A stretch of DNA of 64,000 nucleotides from the NCBI RefSeq assembly GCF_006345805.1, contig NC_043003.1, positions 15,066,001 to 15,130,000 on the forward strand, given 5' to 3'. Shown piece by piece: positions 26,495 through 39,570 of the stretch. The stretch comes from Octopus sinensis (Eukaryota). The notes below the pieces were generated by a model, which had not been told where the DNA came from, did not search any database, and saw nothing but the letters and a program-made list of their open reading frames with translations. How positions within the stretch are numbered: position 1 is the first letter of the stretch; each line of letters begins with the position of its first letter. Position numbers and translations under genes: made by a program.

Positions 26495-26714
26495 AGAGGG
26501 GGTGCTGAAAAGTTCCTGGCTTTTTGGTTGAAAGAAAATACAGAAGGATCAGAGTTAGTTATGATTTTGTTCAATATATTTCCCTTCCAGGTTCACGCCC
26601 TTATTGCAAAGGTCCTTCAGTTTTTCCAGGCCCTGTAAAAGAACTCAGAAGGTTGGGACTCCAACTAAGCCTTTCACAATACCCTTAAAGCCAAGAACTT
26701 TCCAGCACCCCTTG
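26495..26714. mobile_element. Mariner-type MITE
   Basis: Inverted ends gagggggtgctgaaaagttcctggcttt / aaagccaagaacttttccagcacccctt, in a TA microsatellite context. Confidence 0.75.
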
Positions 26715-28391
26715 CATATACATACATACATATATATATATATATGTATATGAACACACACACACATATACACACACACGTACACACACATGCACACACA
26801 TAGATACACACACATACACTTGCACACACATATACACACACACATACACACACAAATACAAACATCCATATATATGTGTGTATATGAATCTCTTTATATA
26901 TTGTTATAATCATATACATACATTTTAACTGAATAGTTCAGTTTAAAAATTGCTCATATTTTTTTTAATCTGTTAAAGACATATTTTGATGCACACCAAA
27001 CATGGAATATAATATTTAATATCCATAGAAAAACATGAACATCACAACTTCTCACTCTCGCACTACCTACCATAAATTTATAGCTTCTTGACTACTAAAA
27101 AAAAAAAAAAAACTCTGTTCACCATAGCTTGTCCACTTGCTAGATATCAAACAGTGGAATTTTCCTACAGAGTAACTCTAATCTTGGAATATAGCACTGC
27201 TTCTTGTCAAAGACTGACAGCATGCTAGAGGTTTTTCTACTTATTTCAAGGAATTTGTTGCAAATAAATATTTTTTTCCATATTATTATAGAACATTTTG
27301 TAAAACCTATAGCAGTATTGATGTTTGTTTGATTATTAAAGCAATTAAATGTCTACATTGAAAATACGTCAGTCTCTTCAACTTAATTTCAATTATTCTA
27401 AATAACATTATTATTATAACAAAATAATTGTTATCAATAAGATACCAAGCCAATTAGTTCACTGTACAAAATTTTATAATACATTCTATAATTCACAAAA
27501 TTATTTATACTTCATTGTTATATGTGAATCATTTAATTTTCACACTATTTTTTTTATATACATATTTTTATTTGGTTCGTCTTAGTTATTGTTGCCATTG
27601 TTTTTCGATATTTCATTTTATTTTGCATAAATTTTCAGTTAATATATTTTCCCCAAGTGTTTTTCTATTTCTTTTATGAATTAATATCTTTGTTTCAAAG
27701 ACTAAAAACCAATATGGCACCTAATGGTCAGAAAACATAACTGCTGAACCGTTTTAGAGTAGGCGTTTATTTAAATGCTTTTCTATTGATTTTTTCAGAG
27801 TTGGTGGTGAGCGAAGTTGTTACCGATTCCAGTCATTCACTCTGCTAGATGTGATTCGTCATGGAATCAATTCAACAAAACTACTCAATATTTTAGCCAA
27901 AAGGATTCCATAATTCTGATTGGACACTGTATAAAATAACTATAATATCTGATAGCTTTGATTTATGACTTCACAGTCTGATCACAGAATTTCCCAGCAG
28001 TGATTTGTCACATAATAAAAACTGACTATAACATTTCAAGAATTATAATTTGTCATTTGAAAATCTGATCACAGAATTCTATAACTGATTTATCGTTGTC
28101 TCCAATCCATTTCCTGTTATTGGACAATTTGAGCACAACAGTTGAAATCTCAGAATTAATTTCACTACAGAATTCTACAAATATAATCTTTTCTTTTTCT
28201 TTTTTAATTTTTCTCACATGACTGTTTAAAGTAGGCACAACGTTTGCAAAGAAAGTATAACTAACGGTTTTCCAACTTGAAGCTTCTTTTTTTTTAAGTT
28301 CAAAACCTGTCTTAATCTGCTCTCTTATCTCGTTATCTCTGTATCTCATTATCACCTACTTATATAATTAGCATGAGGATATATTGCTTAG

Positions 28392-28711
28392 ATGGAGGTG
28401 CAATCGCCCAGTGGTTAGGGCAGCGGACTCGCGGTCGGAGGATCGTGGTTTCGATTCCCAGACCGAGTGTTGTGTGTGTTTATTGAGCGAAAACACCTAA
28501 AGCTCCGCGAAGCTCCGGCAGGGGGTGGTGGCAACCCCTGTTGTACTCTTTCACCCCAACTTTCTCTCACTCTCTCTTCCTGTTTCTTGAGTAATGCTGC
28601 AATGAACTGGCGTCCTGTCCAGCTGGGGTGGAACACATATGCCATAACAACCGGGAAACTGGGCCCATGAGCCTGGCTAGGCTTGGAAAGGGTGCATAAA
28701 TAAATAAATAA
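28392..28711 (+). mobile_element. SINE family C, tail type 2
   Basis: 13-bp TSD ATATATTGCTTAG at 28379-28391 and 28712-28724; (TAAA)n tail; reversed copy at 41640-41944. Confidence 0.85.
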
Positions 28712-29164
28712 ATATATTGCTTAGCGGCTAGGGTGTCATACTGAAGATCACAAGATCATGGTTTCAATTTCTGAATCGGGTAATGTGTTGTGTTCTTGAG
28801 CAAAACACTTTTCTTGATGTTGTTTTGCAATCACTTTGTCATTTGATGTGTGCCGCACTTGTGCCCTCATTCAGGTAATATCAGTTTGATAGACAGGATG
28901 AGCTAATGTGCAGTACACACATTTGATCCTTGTAAGCAAATCATCTGTACAGGATGTTCAGCAAGAAATTGTGGAATCGTCTTTCTTGGACTCAAGGGAC
29001 CACCTGCAAAGAAGGAGATATAATTCATATAAATAACCCATTAAGGTAAGATAATGAAAAAAAAGAAAAGAAAAATTGGTTTTAGATAACATTCTTTGAA
29101 CTGGAGGTATATTCAGACACCCAAGAATCCGCTTACCATTTTTTTGGAAAATATGTTAATCTTG

Positions 29165-30060
29165 TAATACATTAAGTGTGTGTGTGTGTGTGTGTGTATG
29201 TGTGTGTGTATTTGTGTGTGTGTGTGTGTGTGTATTTGTGTGTGTGTGTGTGTATTTGTATGTGTGTGCACACATAAGTGTGTGAGTAAGTATATGTGTG
29301 TTCATGAGTGTGTGCATGTGTGTGTATGTGTGTAGGTATATGTGTGTGTTTGTGTGTGTATGTGTGTATGTGTGTATGTGTGTAAGTATATGTGTTTAAG
29401 TGTGTGCGTTTGTTTGTGTGTGTTTAAGTGTGTGTATGCATGCATATGAATGTGTGTGTATGTGTGTGTATGTAAGTATATGTGCATAAGGTGTGTGTGT
29501 CTGTAACTGTGTGTGTGTGCGTGATATGTGTGTATGTGTGTAAGTATATATGTGTAAGTGTGGTGTGTTGTTAATGTATGTGTGTGTGTGTTTGTATGTG
29601 TGTGTGTATTTGTTGTGTGTGTGTGTGTGTGTATTTGTGTGTGTGTGTGTGTATTTGTATGTGTGTGCACACATAAGTGTGGTGAGTAAGTATTGTGTGT
29701 TCATGAGTGTGTGCATGTGTGTGTATGTGTGTAGGTATATGTGTGTGTTTGTGTGTGTATGTGTGTATGTGTTATGTGTGTAAGTATAGTGTTTTAAGTG
29801 TGTGCGTTTGTTTTGTGTTTGTTTAAAGTGTGTGTATGCATGCATATGAATGTGTGTATGTGTGTGTATGTAAGTATATGTGCATAAGTGTGTGTGTGTC
29901 TGTAACTGTGTGTGTGCGTGCATATGTGTGTATGTGTGTAAGTATATATGTGTAAGTGTGTGTGTGTTAATGTATGTGTGTGTGTGTTTGTGTGTGTGTG
30001 TATGTATGTGTGTAAGTATATGTGTCAGTGTGCGTGTAAGTGTGTGTGTGCATACTTATG
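29165..30060. repeat. Complex (GT)n tract with about 400-bp periodicity
   Basis: The marker gtgcacacataagtg..ttcatgagtg occurs at about 29265 and 29665. Confidence 0.9.
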
Positions 30061-30984
30061 AGCGCACTTATATATTTGTTTGCTTAACATTCTTTTTTCC
30101 ATGCTAACATGGGTCAGATGAGTACATATTTCCAGACAAGATTTTACACCATGATGCTTTCCTGATGCCCACCTGCCCCTATTTTTCAAGTAAGGGATTT
30201 CTTCCCTCCCTCCCTCCCTCCTTCTACAAAGCAATTGTTCAGGATATCAACATGGTGTGTGAACAACATATCACCTGTGGTGACAAATGAACCCATGGGA
30301 CATCAATACTCATGCACACACACACACACACATGAACACACACACATACGCCCATACACCCATACCTACGCCTATTCTTCTACTTGTTTCAGTCATTTGA
30401 CTGAGGCCATGCTGGAGCACCACCTTTAGTTGAGCAAATCGACCCAGGACTTAGTCTTTGTAAGCCTAGTACTTATTCTGTTGGTCTCTTTTGTCAAACC
30501 ACTAAGTTATGGGGATGTAAACACAACAACATCGGTTGTCAAGCGATGGTGGGGGGGGGACAAATAAAGACACACAAATAAATACATACACACATACATA
30601 TATATTTGTCGTTGCCAGAGCCACCTGACTGGCTCCTGTGCTGGTGGCATGTAAAAAGCACCATTTGAGCATGGTCGATGCCAGTACCACCTGACTGTCC
30701 CTTGCGCCGGTGACAGATAAAAAGCACCCACTACCCTCTTGGAGTGGTTGGCGTTAGGAAGAGCATCAAGCTGTAGACACTCTGCCAGATCAGATTTGAG
30801 CCTGGTGCAGCCTTCTGGCTCGCCAGCCCTCAGTCAAACTGTCCAACCCATTCCAGCATGTGTGTGTGCGTGTAATTTTAGTTCCAAGATACATCTTGTG
30901 GATGCTCGGTGATGCCTTGGCAGTAATATTCCTGGGACCTTGGAGACTTTTAAGTCTTCCAGCACCAGAATTCCTCACTCAGTT

Positions 30985-31395
30985 CACCCTGTTGAGATAA
31001 CAAACTGCCAGCTTACACTCCCAATCGTAGCAAACCACTGGTCTGCCAACTTTGTCCAAAGCCACCAGGTGGCCTTCTCTGCCTTCCAGTGACAGAATTT
31101 ACAGCCCTTCACTTTGCTGTGCCAGTAACTCCAAGCCCATTCAGAGCTTTGCAGAATAAATGCCCCAATAAAACCTCAAGCCCACTTCTATTCCCTGACA
31201 GCCCTGATTTCTTCGCTGTTCTCCAAGCTCCTGGTACATAGCAAGCTTCCTCTCTTGAACTTCTTCCAGGTGTTCCTTCTGGGAAACAGTCAGTCCCCAC
31301 ATGATCACCTGTTTTTGTGACATTAGAAGTTCGCTATGTTGTTGGTTACAATCAGGTTCTAATCTGGGAACTTTCGCCATTCCATAAGGTCCATT
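30985..31395 (-). mobile_element. HERO-type LINE RLE fragment, decayed
   Basis: LEPD..KQVIMWGLTV..EHLEEVQERKLAMYQEL..IEVGLRF; the adjacent frame reads KALNGLGVTGTAK. Confidence 0.8.
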
Positions 31396-31494
31396 CTCTT
31401 CATTTTATAAAACATTAAACACAAATCGTCTTATGCCAGTCAGGAAAGCAATTACAGTACTGCTCCTCCTCCTCCTTCTTCTGGTTAATGTCAA

Positions 31495-31569
31495 TGTCAT
31501 CGTCATCATTATCATCATCATCATCATCATCGTTGTCATCATCATTGTTATTAACATCATTGCCATCAC

Positions 31570-31602
<33 letters not shown>

Positions 31603-31768
31603 TGTCCTCATTGTCAGCGTCGTCGTCATTGCCATCATCATTATCATCATCGTCGTCATCATCATTATCATCACCGTCATCATCATCATCATCGTCATCA
31701 TCATTATCATCATCAACTTCATCATCAACATCATCATCATCATCATCATCTTCATCATCATCATCTTC

Positions 31769-31799
<31 letters not shown>

Positions 31800-32111
31800 C
31801 CATCATCACCATTTTCATCATCATCAACATCATCACCATCATCATCATCATCACCATCATCTCCATCATCGTCGTCATCATCATTATCATCATCGTCGTC
31901 ATCATCATCATCATCATCATTGTCATCATCATTATCATCATCAACTTCATCATCAACATCATCATCATCATCATCATAATCATCTTCATCATCATCATCT
32001 TCATCATCATCATCACCATCATCACCATCATCACCATCATCACCATCATCATTATCATCACCATCATCACCACTATCTTCATCATCACCATCACCATCAT
32101 CATCATCATCC

Positions 32112-32142
<31 letters not shown>

Positions 32143-32178
32143 TATTGTCACCATCATCATCATCAGCACCATCATCAA
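31495..32178. repeat. About 680-bp imperfect (CAT)n tract
   Basis: Directly visible; it is the source of the poly-M, poly-I and poly-S ORFs. Confidence 0.95.
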
Positions 32179-32305
32179 GTAGTTCTCTCTCAAGCTCACA
32201 CCATTTTATCTCTAAATCTTACCACTGTGTAACAACCGTTCTGGCATACTTCAGCTGATACCTTCAATACCCAGCCCTGCCCTACCCAACACCCCACCCT
32301 CCCAA

Positions 32306-32405
32306 NNNNNNNNNNNNNNNNNNNNNNNNNNNNNNNNNNNNNNNNNNNNNNNNNNNNNNNNNNNNNNNNNNNNNNNNNNNNNNNNNNNNNNNNNNNNNNN
32401 NNNNN
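32306..32405. other. Assembly gap (100 N)
   Basis: Exactly 100 N, suggesting a placeholder of unknown size. Confidence 0.98.
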
Positions 32406-32685
32406 AAAATTAACACACACACACATACACAAAGACAAGCATAAACACACATGCACAGACACACACACACACATACGAAATCTTGTTTAATATACCATGC
32501 CACTTCAATTATAAACAGAAGGAGAGAACTAATTTCGATTTGCAGACACAGTATGAGATGCTTACTCTCTTTATTTGGAGTAACAAACAAAGCAATTGTA
32601 ACAAAGAGCCACTGAAGGCTACTGTACCTGAATTACTATATATTAGCATGAAATCATGCTACAGAAGTAACTGCAAATACCATAT

Positions 32686-32735
<50 letters not shown>

Positions 32736-33249
32736 AATGTATATATATAAATCTTTAGTTAAATATATTCAATGAGAATATTATAAACTGAATTTATATT
32801 GAGTGCTCTATTGTATCAAAGTGTAATAATATTAAAGTAGTTATATATTTAATACAAGCAATTATATATATGTACTTTTAATAATATATTATTATTAATA
32901 TCAGGAAATCAATATTAGAAAATTCTTCAGAAAGATATACACACGTGTGTAAAATAATTGTTGTATTAAAAATATAAATATATATAAAAATATATGTAAA
33001 TATGTATAAGTATAAATATATAATGTATACGACAGTTTAAAAGTTTTGAATTAAGTTTTTAAAGCATCTTACAATCGTTTTGTAGAAGTGCTGTCCCTAT
33101 AATATTGATAAGCATTTATAGATAACTCTTCTGCTCTTCAGAGATATAAAATTTGAATTTTGTAAAATATATCAAATGGTAGTTTTTTAAAAATTTGAAG
33201 TAATACTATAAAATGGTGTTTGTTTGAAATATAAAGTAAAAATTAGATG

Positions 33250-34115
33250 TCTTGCAAACAACTTGCACATGCAAATGCTACCAGTCAAAAGCTCCGTATA
33301 CCGGAAGCCAGCAAGTGTATGGGGTCATCAGGAGAGAATGTGTGCCGTTTCGGGGCCTACCTCTCAACCGCCCCCCCCCCCTCACTTGCTAGATCAGCTG
33401 GTTATCAAATTAAGCTCAATATCCTTCTAGTCATCGCTCATCGTCTCTTTTTAACCAAATCCAGTGGCTAGCCTTCTCCACTGTAGATTGGATATCGGTC
33501 ATGGTGGTATTGACTTTACGATGAGTTAGGCCTAGCAATAACAACAGTTGTCTCACACTGTGTCCAACGAACCCTCTACATCTGACTTTGATTGGAAAAT
33601 GTTCCGCTTTCCAGCCTGCGTCTTCACATTCCTCGAGGAGGTTTACATAACGGTTAAATTTTTGAGCCTGAGCGGCGTCCTTATTGTCTTCATGAGGAAC
33701 CGTTAACTCGACTATATTTACAACTTTCCTTCTTTCACACCACATCAAAATATCTGGTTTTTTCGTAACTGGGATGGGAAAGAAAACCTGGCACCCAGGT
33801 AAATCTGCAGTTACCTCCCAATAGCCATTTGATCTTCTTGAAACGGATCCGCTGACCTGGTCACACGAAGGTAACAAAATCTCTAGATGGTACTTTTAAC
33901 GTTTTTTCTCAGTGTTGTTGAGATGAATTTGGTTCTTTATAGCATTGAAGATAACCTTAAGGACCAAGTTGTGCCTCCATGTATACCTGTTCAATGCTAA
34001 TGAACAGTTGGAAAGAATATGTTTCAGTGTACCGACCTTTCCACATTTGATTTTGGTAAGTACACTTTAGTATGAGGGTCTTTAAATCCATATATACTTC
34101 CTAGGTTAGTCTTCT
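33250..34115 (-). mobile_element. HERO-type (restriction-like endonuclease) non-LTR retrotransposon, 3' fragment
   Basis: Zinc-finger remnant GTLKHILSNCSLALNRYTWRHNLVL, followed by RLE KPDILMW..VELTVPHED..RCRGFVG..ASHWIWLKR (ORF 33431-33877). Confidence 0.88.
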
Positions 34116-34930
34116 GTAATAATCCATAATAGTTACGTGTAAAATCCATTATATTGTCTTGTGTAATAATCCAGAAGAGTTATCTATAAAAGCTTATCAA
34201 TATAGGATTCCATTATTCTATATTATTTAAGTGTATGAACTATATTTGGAATACAAGGCATTTTGATGGATTTTACACATAACTCCTCAATGTACAACTT
34301 AAACTTTTATAAAAAGGGGGAACACATGAGAAAATATAGTAGTTCTTTGGCATAATTAAATCTTAACACCCAGGATGGTCAAAGGTACATCATAGTTGAG
34401 CACACTCACAGATGACCTGGGGCTAAATACTAAACAACAACAACAACAACAACAATAACAAAAAATGCAAATCTAATATTGGACAATTTTGTCTCTGTTA
34501 TCCAAAGAGTTGACTGGTCATGGTTGAAGCATTGTTGATCATAGGCCTGCTCATTGTGAGACGACCTTGGGCTAAACATCAGCATAACACCAATCTATCT
34601 ATATCCAGATATTGTTTCAATAAATAAAAGTATATCTGTATGTGAATCTGTATCTCTGTCAACCCAAGAACTGGGAGATCTGATATATATTATCAAACCA
34701 ACATCACATGGTATTGATTAATCAATGAGTCAAACAACCAATCAAATAATCAATAAATAAATAAATAAATAGATAAATGGAATTACTACATCAATTCATC
34801 CATCAACTTGTTATTCTAACTATTTATATATTGTTAAGCACATCTGCACAAACTCATACAGCCAAGCACATGGACGTATACATACATTCAGGCATGTGTA
34901 TACACACACAAACACATAGAAAAACGCAAC

Positions 34931-34963
<33 letters not shown>

Positions 34964-35299
34964 ATAATAGTGAGAGAGAGAGAGAGAGAGTGAGAGAGAG
35001 AAAGAGTGAGAAAGAGAAAGAGAGAGTAAGAGAAAGAGAGAGTATGTGTGTGTCTGTGAGTAGTGTGTATGCATATATATATATATGCATACATATTTAT
35101 ATATACATATATATGTGTGTGTATATATGTGTATATATATATGTATACATACACACATGTATGCATATATAGATGTGCATATACATATATATATATATGT
35201 GTGTGTCTGTATGTGTATAAATATATATATACACACGAATATATATGTACATATTCGTGTGTATGCATATATATGTATATACTTTCCTATATATATAGA

Positions 35300-35354
<55 letters not shown>

Positions 35355-35516
35355 CAGTTCTCTATAGCTGCTTCTGGTCACCTTTTTCCATCTATAAGGG
35401 TATTTCTTACCCAATTTTCTTAAAGTGGTTTTTCCAGCTATTCTCCTGCATTCAAAATTTTCTGAATTTCTAAAATATATGTCATTCTTCAGTGTCTATA
35501 GATATACATACATATA

Positions 35517-36758
35517 CTAGGTGTTTAAGATATTTGAGGACAGATTTAATTTTATTAAAAAACAGATATACAACAACAGATAACTTTATTTATCAAGAAA
35601 TGCTATGAGGATAAAAATAAACCTTTTTTTCTATAATTTTATTCAATAAAGCCACCTTCAGCTCCAACAGCTGCTTCTATATGAGATCTAAATCATCTAC
35701 ATGCTAGAATTAAATGGTCCTTGTTCATTTTGGACATTACTCTGACTATGACAGCCTTCAAAGAATCTTTGTGTTATGGGCGTATTCACTGACCTCTCTC
35801 TCTCAACAACGCTCCACATGTAATAGTCCAATGAATTGAGATCTGGGGAATTAGGAGGCCAAATGTTAGGGGTTATGTGAATATGAAAATTTTCAGCCAT
35901 CCATTCCTGTGTTACTAGAGCCATGTATGATAGTGCAGAGTCTTACTGAAACACATATGGCCTTCCACAGCATACACTGTCTATCCATGGCTTAACACTT
36001 ATTTCCAGGACCTCAATGTAGGTAGCAGAGTTAACTCTAAGGCCTTGTGGAAAGAAATGAGGAGGCATCACATGTCCTTCATTGCTGACAACCCCTAAAA
36101 CCATGACAGTTGCAGGAAATTTTGTATAACACTTGGAACTCCAGAAGGGTCTGCACACAACCATCTGTCATTTCTTCTGTGAACTTTTAAATCTTGGTTG
36201 AAGTTTTTCTTGTTTGAGAAAAACCAAATCAAATCTTCTGCTTGATTTTTCAGTTTGTTTAAGAGTCTTTTAGATCTGATGTAGCGATTTTCTCTTGCTT
36301 TTTCTAACATAAATTGACCAAGACTTATATCTGATGTCTTCATGACAACATCTCTGATTGTTCCTTTTGACACATGGAGATCTTTTGCAATTGACCTCAT
36401 TGACTATCTGGGATTGTTACAAATGGTCTGTTGAACTTGCTGGATAAATTCAAGTGTTCTGATGATTTCAGTGTGTTTAGAATGCTTTTTATGCTTTGAT
36501 ACTGGTGATAGGTTTCCATCTTCAGTTTCTAGCTCTTTACAGACCTTGTAGATGAAAGATCTGATAACTTATAAAAATCAAGATATTTCTAAATCGCGAT
36601 GCTCAGAATTTATAACCACAATAGCAGCATGCTCTTCATTTCTTTAGTAAGCTGAGAATCTGTGGTTATTATTTTCTGAAACAAAGATTATACAGAGTCA
36701 ACAAAAAATGCAGCAATGACCCAAAAAAGGTATGTCCTCAAATACCTTACACACCCTA
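35517..36758 (-). mobile_element. Tc1/mariner superfamily, maT (DD37D, Bmmar1-like) transposon, full length, decayed
   Basis: Imperfect TIRs (ctaggtgtttaagatatttgaggaca vs the reverse complement of tgtcctcaaataccttacacaccct), TA-flanked, about 1.24 kb. Transposase pieces: MRSIAKDLHVS, IWFFSNKKNFNQD, KFPATVMVLGVVSNEGHVMPPHFF, WPPNSPDLNSLDY. Confidence 0.85.
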
Positions 36759-36822
36759 TATATATATATATATATATAACAAATGGAAGACAGAAGATAG
36801 AATATACAAGAATATATTATTA

Positions 36823-36911
36823 ATCACAACAATTGTTTCAACGCATCTAGCATCGACTCCTCTTCTGGGACACACAAAAACATGCATGTGTGGGACATTT
36901 CATCAGGCAAT
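36823..36911 (-). ncRNA. Type I hammerhead ribozyme-like motif
   Basis: AUUGC-CUGAUGA-AAUGU..GCGUU-GAAA-CAAUUG-UU-GUGAU; palindromic stem III ACAAUUGU; long loop II. Confidence 0.55.
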
Positions 36912-37036
36912 GGCAAAACTTGAACATGAGTTTGCAGCCATCATGTATGTATATATATATGTGCATACATACATACATACACACATATATACATATATAT
37001 ACATATATATACATGTGTGTGTGTGTGTATGTATAT

Positions 37037-37089
<53 letters not shown>

Positions 37090-37419
37090 ATAATATATAT
37101 ATATAATACATACACACACACATATATACATATATATAAATATATATACATGTGTGTGTGTGTGTGTGTGTGTGCATATATATGTTCGTTTATTCTTTTA
37201 CTCGTTTCAGTCATTTGACTGCAGCCATGCTGGAGCACTGCCTTTAGTTGAGCAAATCGACCCCAGGACTTATTCTTTGTAAGCTTAGTACTTATTCCAT
37301 CAGCCTCTTTTGCTGAACTGCTAATTCACAGGGACAGAAACATACTAGCATTGGTTTTCAAGCAATGGTATGTGTGTGGGGGGAACAAACACAGACACAC
37401 AAATACATACATACATAAA

Positions 37420-37456
<37 letters not shown>

Positions 37457-37703
37457 GACAGGCTTCCTTCAGTTTCCATCTACCAAATCCACTCACAAGG
37501 CTTTGGTTGGCCCAAGGCTATAATAGAAGACACTTGCCCACGGCACCATGCAGTGGGACTGAAACAGGAAACCATATAGTTGGGAAGCAAGCTTCTTACT
37601 ACACAGCCACTCCTATATGTATGTATATATGTATGTGTGTTTTGTTTTGTGTGTGTGTGTGTCCTCTCTCTCTCTCTTCTCTCTCTCTCGCTCTATATAT
37701 ATA

Positions 37704-37754
<51 letters not shown>

Positions 37755-38791
37755 CAAAAAAGAACAAACAACAAAAAAACAACGTGAGGACGTGGTATAT
37801 GTAATGTATTAGCAGACATTCAAGAAAGGAAAGAAAGATGGTTTAACACTTCGAGCAGATGCTCTTCTTTGGAAACAGAGGAAAGTCCAATAGAAGGGAC
37901 ATATATACACACATGTACTCAACAGGCTTCTACACAGTTTCTATCTACCAAACTCGCTCACAAGGCATTGGTTGGCCCAGGATGCCACAGAGTAGAACTG
38001 AACCTGAAGCTACATGCTTGCAAAGAGAGATTTTTAACCACAGCATCATGTCTGCACCTGTCACAGATGGATGCTATTTGGCAAAATGGAATCAATGCAA
38101 TATGTTACAATAATAAACTAAATGGCTAGAAAATGCATTGATTTAAATTTGTCATCCATGCATTACCATTCAAGGAAATATAGAATTTCAATACCAAACT
38201 CTTTTACAATTTACAGACTTTAAGAAATCTTCCGATACCACAAATAGACCAGCACGAACACTTCAAAATTATGCATTACCAGTGAAGTAAGGTAGACTTA
38301 TTACAAAATTCTTTATTAAAACCAGATGCTGTGTTCAGATACACAGACGTCCATTTGTATGCATAACTCAGATTTTATTTTCTAAGGAATTGGTAAATGA
38401 AATCTGAGTTATGCCATGGTAGTCTATTGTCTAGGAAACTGTTTCCATTTTAAATTATTATAGCATGTACTAAACAATCAAAGAATTATAGAGAATGGTT
38501 AAATTGGAAGATATGTCATGGACTTGGAACTTTGGACTACACAGATGATATGGCTCTCACGCTTTGCATGTTTGCATAATGTGAGGGATTTAGATTGATT
38601 AATCAATAATATAACGAATTGTTATTAAACATGGGTATAATAAATAATGAAACAAGGTGGATAGCTGGCAGAAACGTTAGGACGTCAGGCAAAATGCTTA
38701 GCGGTATTTCGTCTGTCTTTTTGTTCTGAGGTCAAATTCCACCGAGGTCAACTTTGCCTTTCATCCTTTCGGGGTCGATAAATTAAGTACC

Positions 38792-39022
38792 TATTTCTTT
38801 ATTGCCCACAAGGGGCTAAACACAGAGGGGACAAACAAGGACAGACATAGGTATTAAGTCGATTACATCGACCCCAGTGCGTAACTGGTACTTAATTTAT
38901 CGACCCCGAAAGGATGAAAGGCAACGTCGACCTCGGCGGAATTTGAACTCACAACGTAACGCAGACGAAATACCGCTAAGCATTTCGCCCAGCATGCTAA
39001 TGTTTCTGCCAGCTCACCGCCT
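38792..39022 (-). mobile_element. SINE A nested antisense inside another SINE A
   Basis: 17-bp TSD TCGATAAATTAAGTACC at 38775-38791 and 39023-39039. Confidence 0.88.
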
Positions 39023-39388
39023 TCGATAAATTAAGTACCAGTTGCGTACTGGGGTTGGTCTAATCAACTGGCCCCCTCCCCAAAAATTTCAGGCCTTGTG
39101 CCTAGAGTAGAAAAGAATAAATAATGAAACTCTAGGCCTAATCTTTTACTTGTTTCAGCCATTAAACTGTGGCCAAGCTGGAGCACTGCCTTGAAGAATT
39201 TTGTAGTTGAATGGATCAACCCCAGTACTTGGTATTTTTTAAGCCTGATATTTATTCTATTGGTCTTTTGCCAAACTGCTAAGTTATGAGGATGTAAACA
39301 CACCAACACTAGTTGTTAAGTAGTGATGGAGGATAAACACAGACACAAACACACACACAAGATACACACACACATATCTATCTATCTA

Positions 39389-39563
<175 letters not shown>

Positions 39564-39570
39564 GTGTATA

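Noticed and set aside
31405-32199. Poly-M, poly-I and poly-S ORFs of 160-260 aa
   Set aside because: Frames of a (CAT)n microsatellite.
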